Shown here: positions 56,507 to 64,000 of the stretch, piece by piece
How the letters are laid out: every line of letters begins with the position of its first letter
Numbering within the stretch: position 1 is the first letter of the stretch
Source: an uncultured Gemmatimonadales bacterium
GTDB taxonomy: Bacteria; Gemmatimonadota; Gemmatimonadetes; Gemmatimonadales; GWC2-71-9
Reading direction: 5' to 3'
NCBI GenBank assembly: GCA_963846435.1
Contig: CAWJVX010000001.1
Coordinates: 262,960-326,959, forward strand
DNA length: 64,000 nt
The notes under the pieces: model-generated
The model's input: the letters and a program-made list of their open reading frames with translations, nothing else
The model's database searches: none
What the model was told of the DNA's origin: nothing
Translations under genes and position numbers: made by a program

Positions 56507-56637
56507 GATTCCTCGCTGCGCTCGGAATGACACAGTGTGCCGGCTCGTCGTGCCCCACCGACCTACTTACCCGCTTACCCGCCTCTCCGCGAGCGACACC
56601 CACTTACCCGCTTACCCACTTACCCGCCTACCCGCTT
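56507..56637. repeat. REP-like right arm plus (TTACCCGC)n
   Basis: gattcctcgctgcgctcggaatgaca, then cttacccgcttacccacttacccgcctacccgc. Confidence 0.8.
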
Positions 56638-59424
56638 CTACCCCGTCGCCCCAAACCCCGCAGCAATACAGTTGATCGATAGCAGCAGCGCCGAGAGCTG
56701 CTCTTCCTGCGTCTTGTCTCCACCCGACTCGCGGAAGCGGCGGAGCAGCTCGATCTGCTGCCGGCTGACCTGATTGATGGTGGGCAGCCGGCGAGCCAGC
56801 CGGCGGCGAAACCGGGGATAGCGCTCGGCCAGCTCCTTGCCGCCACTGATCCGCAGCACCGCTTCAACCGTGCGATGGTACTCCTCTTCGACCAAACCCA
56901 GAATGTTGGCCCGCACTCCGGGATCGGGCACCAGCTCGGCGTACTCCCGCGCTATTCCGAGATCGACGTAGGACAGGGTCTTCTCGACCTCGTCCACGAT
57001 CAGCCGGAACAGCCGCGACTCGGCAAACATCCGGTCCAGCAGGGTCGCTCCTCGCTGACCCCGCACCTGGAGGAACGTGAGGATACCGCTGCCGACCCCG
57101 TACCAGCCGGGGATGAAATGACGATTCTGCGACCAGGCGAACACCCAGGGTATCGCCCGCAGATCGCTGAGGGAGCGGGCGCCAAACCGGCGGGCCGGCC
57201 GGGATCCCATGTTGAGCAGCGAAATCTCCTCCAACGGGCTGGCAGCCTGGTAGTACGCAAACAGATCCGGGTGGTCCACCAGCCCGCGGTAGGAGGCCTG
57301 CGCCGCGCCGGAAAGAGCCTCCATGGCTTCGTCGAACTCCGCAGTGGGCAGCAGCGCCTTCTCCCGCTCCGACTTGAGGGAGTGCTCCACGACGCTGGCG
57401 GCCAGCAGCTCGATCTGATACTGCGCCGTACCGCGGTTGGCATACTTGAATGACACCACCTCGCCCTGCTCGGTGATCCGCATCCTGCCATTGATCGAGC
57501 CAGCCGGCTGAGCGGCGATGGCGCGACCCGTCGGCGCGCCTCCCCGGCTCACCGAGCCGCCGCGGCCATGGAAGAACGCGATCGGCACTCCGCTCTCCCG
57601 GCCCAACCGGGTCAGCTTGATCTGCGCCTTGCTGAGCTCCCAGTTCGAAGTGAGGAAGCCGCCGTCCTTGTTGGAGTCGGAGTAGCCGATCATCACTTCC
57701 TGCACCCCACCCTGCGACCGGACGCTCCGGCGCACCAGCGGCACGGCGAGCAGCTCCTTCATGATGGCGGGTGCCCGCTGCAGATCCTCGATCGTCTCGA
57801 ACAGCGGCACGATCGGAAGGGTCGAGCTCTCGACCCCGGCGGTGTCGCCGAAGAGGCCGGCCGTCTTGGCAAGGAGGTAGGCGCCGAGCACGTCGGCCAC
57901 GCTCCGAGTCATGCTGAGCACGAACGTGCCGAAGGCCTCGCGATCGATCTCCTCCCGCAGCTGCCCGATCAGCTGAAACATCCCGAGGGTTTCGGCCGAG
58001 TCGGGTGGCAGCGCGAGAGGCTGGGCACCAGGAGACAGCGGTCGTGCCAGCTCCGCGGCAATCCATTGCCGCCACTCATCGGAGTCCTGTTCCGGTGGCT
58101 GACCGCCTGTCCGTCCGTCCCCCTGTCCGCCCGCCCGCCAGAGGTCGGCCAGAGCTGCATTGAGCTTGGTGGTGTTCTCCCGGGCGTCGAGCCGTACGGT
58201 GGAGAACCGGAAGGACTCGACCTCACGCCGAACCGGGCGCACCAGAGTGGATGCCAGCGACGTGCTGCCACCAAACTCGAGGGCTTCCTCGATCAGCCGG
58301 AGATCGGCGATCAGGGCCTCGGCCGAGGCATACCCGGCCGCGTCGAACGAGGTTTGGCCCCGCTCGGACGCCGCGATCATGACATCGAGCCGCCGCCCCA
58401 TGCAGGCGAGATACTGGCGAAAGATTTCCCCTGGATTGCGGGCCGCGATCTCGTCCCCTTCTCCGGTCGCCTCCAGCTCGCGAGCGAGTGCTTCGCGGAA
58501 GTTCTCCGGCACCGCCATGGCGCGCTCGGTGATGCTGAGGGCCCGAACCAGCTCGGAGAGCCGCCGCCGATAGCGCCTGAGCCCGGTGAGACGGTTCTCC
58601 AGAATGGTGCTGCGGGTGACGTCGTTGGTGACGAACGGGTTCCCGTCTCGGTCGCCGCCGACCCAGGAGCCGAACTGGAAAAACGGAGGGATCGTGAACT
58701 GCTCGCCGGGGTAGGCGTGCGCCAGCGCCCGCTCGAGTTTATCCAGCAGGTCGGGTATGGCCTCGAACAGGGTTTCGTTGAAGAAGTGCAGCCCCCAGAA
58801 CACTTCCTGGGGAACCGTGGGTTTGGCGAGACGGAGCTCGCCGGTGGTCCACAGGAGCTCGATCTCGTTGCGCAGACCATCAACCAGGGCCTGTCGCTCC
58901 CGGGGCGTCCAGCGGGGGGACTCGAGGTCAACCAGCCGGCGGTAGATCCGGCGGTGCTTCTCCAGGACAGTGACCCGCCGGGCTTCCGTAGGATGGGCAG
59001 TAATGACGGGGCGAATCCGCAGGACGTCCAACAGCTCCCGGATCTCCAGCGGCTTCGAGCCACTGGCGGCGGCGCTGGACACGACCTGGGCAAAGGTGCC
59101 GCGCAGCTGGTCGTAGCCGCGCTCGATCTCGACCTGGCGGCGACGGCGCATGGCCGCGTTCTGCTCCGCGATGCTGAGCAGCTGAAACCAGATCCCCTGT
59201 ACCTGGAGCGTCCGGGCCAGGAGCTCGGGATCGAGACTGGACGGCTGGCGTTCTCCCCGGAGCACCGACTCGACCTCGGGCTGGCGCTCACGCACCAGGT
59301 CGAGGAGGAGCGTGGACAGGAGCTCCACGACTTCCTGGGCGTAAGCCGCGGCACTTGCCGCCGCCGGATCGGCCGACTCCGGCAGCAAGTCGGTGGAGAA
59401 GGGCTCGAGTGCGGTGTGGGTCAC
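56638..59424 (-). CDS. ppc: Phosphoenolpyruvate carboxylase (serine-cycle type)
   Basis: TAHPTE, WVGGDRDGNP, VMIGYSDSNKDGG, FHGRGGSVSRGG, RAIPWVFAWSQ. Confidence 0.96.
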   Translation of the reverse strand: MTHTALEPFSTDLLPESADPAAASAAAYAQEVVELLSTLLLDLVRERQPEVESVLRGERQPSSLDPELLARTLQVQGIWFQLLSIAEQNAAMRRRRQVEIERGYDQLRGTFAQVVSSAAASGSKPLEIRELLDVLRIRPVITAHPTEARRVTVLEKHRRIYRRLVDLESPRWTPRERQALVDGLRNEIELLWTTGELRLAKPTVPQEVFWGLHFFNETLFEAIPDLLDKLERALAHAYPGEQFTIPPFFQFGSWVGGDRDGNPFVTNDVTRSTILENRLTGLRRYRRRLSELVRALSITERAMAVPENFREALARELEATGEGDEIAARNPGEIFRQYLACMGRRLDVMIAASERGQTSFDAAGYASAEALIADLRLIEEALEFGGSTSLASTLVRPVRREVESFRFSTVRLDARENTTKLNAALADLWRAGGQGDGRTGGQPPEQDSDEWRQWIAAELARPLSPGAQPLALPPDSAETLGMFQLIGQLREEIDREAFGTFVLSMTRSVADVLGAYLLAKTAGLFGDTAGVESSTLPIVPLFETIEDLQRAPAIMKELLAVPLVRRSVRSQGGVQEVMIGYSDSNKDGGFLTSNWELSKAQIKLTRLGRESGVPIAFFHGRGGSVSRGGAPTGRAIAAQPAGSINGRMRITEQGEVVSFKYANRGTAQYQIELLAASVVEHSLKSEREKALLPTAEFDEAMEALSGAAQASYRGLVDHPDLFAYYQAASPLEEISLLNMGSRPARRFGARSLSDLRAIPWVFAWSQNRHFIPGWYGVGSGILTFLQVRGQRGATLLDRMFAESRLFRLIVDEVEKTLSYVDLGIAREYAELVPDPGVRANILGLVEEEYHRTVEAVLRISGGKELAERYPRFRRRLARRLPTINQVSRQQIELLRRFRESGGDKTQEEQLSALLLSINCIAAGFGATG

Positions 59425-60395
59425 ACTACGCGGTCGCGGAGGGGTGCGCCGCTAAAGAAGAGGCGCAGGTTCTCGAGGGCTCGCATCCCCATGGCAATGC
59501 GGGTCTCCTGGGTGGCGCTGCCGAGATGGGGGAGCAGCACCACGTTCTCCATGGCGAGGAGCGCCGGGGAGACCTGGGGCTCTTTCTCGTACACGTCGAG
59601 CCCGGCCCCGGCGATGGTCCCACTCGCCAGCGCTTCAACCAGTGCCGCTTCATCCACCACATCCCCCCGCGCGGTGTTGATCAACAGCGCACCGGGCCGC
59701 ATGCGCGCCAGCCGCTCGCGGTTCATCAGGTGACGGGTCTCGGGAGTCGCCGGACAGTGGAGCGAAACGAAATCCGCCTCCTCGAGAACCTGCTCCAGGC
59801 TGGCTCTCGGCTCGGCTCCGAGGGACGCCGCTTCGGCCGGGGTGGGTGGGTATGGGTCGTGGAAGATCACCCGCATGCCGAAGCCGTGGTGGGCGCGCCG
59901 GGCAACCGCCCGGGCGATTCGGCCCATTCCCACCAGGCCCAGCACCTTTCCGCTCACCTGCGTCCCCAGCATATGGGTGGGACGCCAGCCGGTCCAGGCA
60001 CCGGCCCGCACATGGCGCTCCCCTTCCCCGGTGCGGCGGCTGGCCATCAGCAGCAAGGTGATGGCGATGTCCGCGGTGGCTTCGGTCAGAACGTCGGGGG
60101 TGTTCGACACCGCGAGTCCATGGGCCTTGGCGGCCTCGGTATCGATGTTATTGAAGCCGACTCCGAAGTTCGCCAGCAGCCGGGCCCGGTGAGGTTCGAC
60201 GCTGAGCACGTCGGCGGTGAGGCGGTCGGTCACCGTGCAGAGCAGCGCGTCGGCGGTGCGGAGCGCTTCCTGCAGACCGTCGGGACCCAGTGGCCGGTCG
60301 TCACGATTGAGCCGGGCATCGAACTCCCGGCTCACCTCCCTCTCGACCGGCTCGGGAAGGCGGCGGGTCACGACCACGGTTGGGCGCTTGCTCAC
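59421..60395 (-). CDS. D-glycerate dehydrogenase / hydroxypyruvate (glyoxylate) reductase
   Basis: GVGFNNID, NTPDVLTEATAD, G.GRI, NTARG.VVDE, LDVYEKEP, PHLGSAT. Confidence 0.9.
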   Translation of the reverse strand: MSKRPTVVVTRRLPEPVEREVSREFDARLNRDDRPLGPDGLQEALRTADALLCTVTDRLTADVLSVEPHRARLLANFGVGFNNIDTEAAKAHGLAVSNTPDVLTEATADIAITLLLMASRRTGEGERHVRAGAWTGWRPTHMLGTQVSGKVLGLVGMGRIARAVARRAHHGFGMRVIFHDPYPPTPAEAASLGAEPRASLEQVLEEADFVSLHCPATPETRHLMNRERLARMRPGALLINTARGDVVDEAALVEALASGTIAGAGLDVYEKEPQVSPALLAMENVVLLPHLGSATQETRIAMGMRALENLRLFFSGAPLRDRVV

Positions 60396-61306
60396 TTCAC
60401 GGCGACGGTCTTACGCGACGGCTTTTTCGCGAGCGCTCCGGCGACGGTAGAGCCCAGCTCCGCCGGACTGGGGGCGACCATCAGTCCAGCCGAGCGCATG
60501 ATCTCGGCCTTCTCCGCCGCAGTGTCGCCGAAGGCCGAGATGATGGCGCCGGCATGGCCCATCCGGCGCCCCTTGGGAGCGGTCAAGCCCGCGACGTAGC
60601 CGATGACCGGCTTGGTCATGTTGTCCTTGACGAAGAGCGCCGCTTCGGCCTCCTGCGGCCCGCCGATCTCGCCGATCATCATGACGGCTTCGGTCTCCGG
60701 ATCCTCTTCGAACAGCTTGAGCATGTCCACGAAGGAGCTGCCGTTGATGGGATCGCCGCCGATGCCGACACTGGTGGTCTGCCCGATGCCGAGCGCGTTC
60801 ATCTGTGCCGCGGCCTCGTAGCCCAGGGTACCGGACCGGCTGACCACGCCTACGTTCCCCCGGGAATAGATGTGCCCCGGCATGATCCCGAGCATGGCCT
60901 TGCCCGCGCTGATGATGCCCGCACAGTTGGGGCCGATCAACGTGGTTCGCCGCTCCCGGGGAAAACGGAAGAGATAGCGCTTCACCATCATCATATCCTG
61001 GGCGGGAATACCGTCGGTGATGGTGCAAACCAGCCGGATCCCGGCGTTGGCCGCCTCCATGATCGAGTCGGCGCAGAACGCGGCCGGTACGAAGACGATG
61101 CTGGCCTCGGCCCCGACCTCACGCACGGCTTCCTTCACCGTGTTGAAGACCGGCCGGTCGAGATGGCGGCTCCCACCCTTCCCCGGCGTCACCCCACCGA
61201 CGACGTTGGTGCCGTACTTCATCATCTCCCCGGCATGGAACGTCGCCTTCTCACCGGTGAAGCCCTGGACGATGACCCGGGTTCGTTCGTCGATCAGGAT
61301 ACTCAT
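60392..61306 (-). CDS. mtkB: Malate--CoA ligase (malate thiokinase) alpha subunit
   Basis: SucD-like ([22 protein letters not shown]) with [11 protein letters not shown]; operonic with mtkA and mcl. Confidence 0.85.
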   Translation of the reverse strand: MSILIDERTRVIVQGFTGEKATFHAGEMMKYGTNVVGGVTPGKGGSRHLDRPVFNTVKEAVREVGAEASIVFVPAAFCADSIMEAANAGIRLVCTITDGIPAQDMMMVKRYLFRFPRERRTTLIGPNCAGIISAGKAMLGIMPGHIYSRGNVGVVSRSGTLGYEAAAQMNALGIGQTTSVGIGGDPINGSSFVDMLKLFEEDPETEAVMMIGEIGGPQEAEAALFVKDNMTKPVIGYVAGLTAPKGRRMGHAGAIISAFGDTAAEKAEIMRSAGLMVAPSPAELGSTVAGALAKKPSRKTVAVK

Positions 61307-62505
61307 GGAGCACCGTTCCCGTGGGCGGTGGACTGGGCGCGCGCACCTTTCAGTGCGGCAACGACGCGATCGGCGGCTTCAGACAGCGTTTCGGCGGTAA
61401 TGATCGGCAATCCGCTCTCCCGTACGATGCGCCGCCCTTCTTCCACGTTGGTTCCGGCCAGGCGGACGACCAGGGGTACCCGCATCTGGATGTCGCGCGC
61501 GGCCTGCACCACACCCTGGGCCACCCAGTCGCAGCGGTTGATCCCGGCAAAGATGTTCACCAGGATCGCGCCGACCTTCGCATCGGAGAGCACCAGGCGG
61601 AAGGCGGCCGCGACCCGCTCCGGTGACGCACCGCCACCTACATCGAGGAAATTGGCCGGTTGGCCTCCGGCGTGTTTGATCATGTCCATGGTGGCCATCG
61701 CGAGCCCGGCCCCGTTGATGATGCAGCCGATGTCGCCGTCCAGCCCGACATAATTGAGCCCGTGCTCCGCCGCCTGTGCCTCCCGCGGATCCTCCTCGGC
61801 GTAGTCGCGCAGCTCACTGACATTGGGGCGGCGGAACATGGCGTTGTCATCGAAGGTCATCTTGCAGTCGAGCGCCAGGACCTGCCCGTCCTTGGCGACC
61901 ACCAGCGGATTGATCTCGACCATGGTCGCGTCCAGGTCGCGGAAGGCGCGATAGGCGCCGAGCAGGGTGGTCACCGCGCGGCTCACCTGGGCCGGGGCGA
62001 GTCCCAGACCGTAGGCGATCTCCCGGGCCTGGAACGCACTCATGCCGATGGCCGGCTCCACCGATTCCCGGAGAATGGAGTCGGGCGCGGTCTTGGCGAT
62101 CTCTTCGATTTCCATCCCGCCCTGCGGGTGGGCCACGATCATGATCCGCTCGGTCTTCCGGTCCAGCACCAGACCCAGGTAGAGCTCCCGCTCGATCGGA
62201 ACGGCCGCCTCGACATAGAGCCGGTGGACCACCCGTCCCTCCGGACCGGTCTGATGCGTTACCAGGCGCTTGCCCAGCAGAGTCTTGGCCGCCTGGCGGA
62301 CCTCATCCTCATTGGAGCACAGCTTGATGCCGCCGGCCTTGCCGCGGGCGCCGGAGTGGATCTGCGCCTTCACCGCCCAGCGCGCCCCGCCGATTTCGGA
62401 GGCCCGGTAGACGGCCTGCTCCGGGCTGTAGGCCACGCCGCCGCGGGGAATGGCGACGCCGAATCCGGCGAGGAGCTCCTTGGCCTGATATTCGTGGATG
62501 TCCAT
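61303..62505 (-). CDS. mtkA: Malate--CoA ligase (malate thiokinase) beta subunit
   Basis: [15 protein letters not shown]...AYSPEQAVY...[21 protein letters not shown]; [13 protein letters not shown]. Confidence 0.88.
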   Translation of the reverse strand: MDIHEYQAKELLAGFGVAIPRGGVAYSPEQAVYRASEIGGARWAVKAQIHSGARGKAGGIKLCSNEDEVRQAAKTLLGKRLVTHQTGPEGRVVHRLYVEAAVPIERELYLGLVLDRKTERIMIVAHPQGGMEIEEIAKTAPDSILRESVEPAIGMSAFQAREIAYGLGLAPAQVSRAVTTLLGAYRAFRDLDATMVEINPLVVAKDGQVLALDCKMTFDDNAMFRRPNVSELRDYAEEDPREAQAAEHGLNYVGLDGDIGCIINGAGLAMATMDMIKHAGGQPANFLDVGGGASPERVAAAFRLVLSDAKVGAILVNIFAGINRCDWVAQGVVQAARDIQMRVPLVVRLAGTNVEEGRRIVRESGLPIITAETLSEAADRVVAALKGARAQSTAHGNGAP

Positions 62506-62540
62506 AGTCGATCCGGAAGCGGAGGTCAGAGTTGGAAATA

Positions 62541-62643
62541 GTCGCCAGTCGTCAGTCGCCGGTCATCAGTCGCCAGCCACCAGGCGCGAGGTTACGTCAG
62601 GAAACTGCCGCCGGCGACTTGCGACTTGCGACCGGCGACTTGC
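62541..62643. repeat. Inverted heptamer repeats (AGTCGCC)/(GCGACTT), overlapping the mcl 3' end
   Basis: gtcgccagtcgtcagtcgccggtcatcagtcgcc / ggcgacttgcgacttgcgaccggcgacttgc. Confidence 0.65.
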
Positions 62644-63574
62644 TCCCAATTGCTTCCGCCGTATCCACCACATTCTGCGCCATCCGCGCGGACGCCGCGT
62701 CGATCATGCGGCCGTCCAGCTGGGCGGCGCCGCGGCCCTCTCGAGCCGCCTGGTCCAGCGCCTCCAGGATGCGCCTGGCCCGCTCGACTTCCTTGGGCGG
62801 GGGCGTGAACACCTCATTGGCGAGCGCGATCTGCGAGGGATGAATCGCCCACTTCCCCTCGATGCCGAGGGCCGCACCCCGGCGGGCGGCGGCATTGTAC
62901 CCCTCCGGGTCCTTGAAATCACCGAACGGCCCGTCGATGGCACGGAGACCATACGCCCGGCAGGCCACGACCATCCGCGAGAGCGCCGCGTGCCACTGGT
63001 CTCCCGGGTAGTCGGGATTGAGCCCGCCGATGTTGACGGTGCGGGCCCGGCAGCTCGCGGCATAATCGGCCACGCCGAAGTGCATGGCCTCGAGCCGGCG
63101 GCTCGACTGCGCGATCGCCTCGACATTGGCCATGCCAAGGGCCGTCTCGATCAGCACGTCGATACCGATGCGGTGCGGAATGCCTTTGGCTTCCTCGATC
63201 TGGGTGAGCAGGGCGTCCACCAGATACACGTCGGCGGGAACACCTACCTTGGGGATGAGCACGCTGTCCAACCGGTGCCCCGCCTGCTCGACCACGTCCA
63301 CCACATCGCGATACATGTAGTGGGTGTCGATGCCATTGATCCGGACCGAGATCGTCTTGCCCCGCTCGCGCCAGTCATCCTGGAGCAGGCTGGCGATCAC
63401 GTTGAGCCGGGCCTGCTCCTTGTCGCCGGGAGCCACCGCGTCCTCGAGATCGAGGAAGATGTAGTCCGCTTCCCCCTCGAGGGCCTTCCGAAACATGGCC
63501 GGTTGGGAACCAGGGACGGCCAGCTCGCTGCGCTGCAGCCGCGCACGGGCCGGCTCATAGCGGGTATGGCTCAT
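62597..63574 (-). CDS. mcl: L-malyl-CoA/beta-methylmalyl-CoA lyase
   Basis: RLQRSELAVPGS, FLDLEDAVAP.DKEQAR, VRINGIDTHYMYRD, IDGPFGDF, GKWAIHPSQI. Confidence 0.9.
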   Translation of the reverse strand: MSHTRYEPARARLQRSELAVPGSQPAMFRKALEGEADYIFLDLEDAVAPGDKEQARLNVIASLLQDDWRERGKTISVRINGIDTHYMYRDVVDVVEQAGHRLDSVLIPKVGVPADVYLVDALLTQIEEAKGIPHRIGIDVLIETALGMANVEAIAQSSRRLEAMHFGVADYAASCRARTVNIGGLNPDYPGDQWHAALSRMVVACRAYGLRAIDGPFGDFKDPEGYNAAARRGAALGIEGKWAIHPSQIALANEVFTPPPKEVERARRILEALDQAAREGRGAAQLDGRMIDAASARMAQNVVDTAEAIGSKSPVASRKSPAAVS

Positions 63575-64000
63575 CGGCCCGCGCCGGCCGTGGCCTTGGC
63601 CTTGGAGGACGCCGGTGCCGGTTGGGCGTCCGGTGCCCGCGCCGGGAGCTCACGCTTCGATAGCGGGGCGGCCGTGCTGCGCCAGTATTCTTCAGCGGCT
63701 GCGACACCACTGCCCGGGGTGACCTTGATGCCGACATCCCGCATGGCCATTTCGGCCCCTGCGATGGCACCCATCAGCATCAGCTCGTTCAGGTCGCCCA
63801 GATGTCCGATGCGGAACAGCTTCCCGGCCATGCGGGCCAGCCCTGCGCCCAGCGCGAGGTTATAGCGCCGATACGCCACGTCGATCACCTCGGCTCCATT
63901 GAATCCGGCGGGAACCATGATGGCGCTTACGGTGTCGGAGTGCCACTTCGGCGCCCGGGCACACAGCTCCAGGCCCCAGGCCTTCACCGCCTGCCGGGTG
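63571..64000 (-). CDS. sgaA: Serine--glyoxylate aminotransferase, 3' part (runs off the right edge)
   Basis: AWGL.LCA....W.SDTVSAI, YNLALGAGL, FRIGHLGDLNELML.GAIAGAEM, PGSGVAAA. Confidence 0.88.
   Translation of the reverse strand, partial: TRQAVKAWGLELCARAPKWHSDTVSAIMVPAGFNGAEVIDVAYRRYNLALGAGLARMAGKLFRIGHLGDLNELMLMGAIAGAEMAMRDVGIKVTPGSGVAAAEEYWRSTAAPLSKRELPARAPDAQPAPASSKAKATAGAGR

Noticed and set aside
55925-56637. Tandem repeats as a CRISPR array
   Set aside because: The 7-8 bp units are contiguous with no unique spacers, and there are no cas genes
60392-62505. Annotation as ordinary succinyl-CoA synthetase sucCD
   Set aside because: Context with mcl, sga and ppc and Mtk-like motifs ([20 protein letters not shown]) favour malate thiokinase

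Overview
High-GC bacterial chromosome segment, most likely from Gemmatimonadota. This assignment is an inference from gene style and gene order, not from a search. The window has five parts. (1) 1-8.9 kb is housekeeping: an ECF sigma/anti-sigma/Spy-like triad, GDPD, rplU-rpmA, RNase E/G, an acyl-CoA dehydrogenase and RecQ. (2) 10-24 kb is a minus-strand branched/terpenoid acyl-CoA cluster: MeaB, an isobutyryl-CoA-mutase-type B12 mutase, carboxyltransferase, AtuA and crotonase. An aeRF1-like protein and a TPP II-like subtilase sit inside it. (3) 24.6-29 kb holds a KimA/KUP-like transporter divergent from a short KdpD and KdpE. (4) 29-42.7 kb is an accessory patchwork of small, partly decayed genes. 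(5) 42.7-64 kb holds the aspS-phoH-HD-ybeY-CBS-CBS-mgtE-sulP-dedA run, rlmN and, at the right end, a serine-cycle operon (sga-mcl-mtkA-mtkB-hpr-ppc), the most notable metabolic signal. Intergenic spaces contain several families of REP-like palindromes and inverted 7/8-mer tandem repeats. Some bracket cargo genes and some lie in frame inside genes. Many genes between 9 and 42 kb are frameshifted, probably by sequencing indels. No rRNA, tRNA, CRISPR array, transposase or integrase was recognised.
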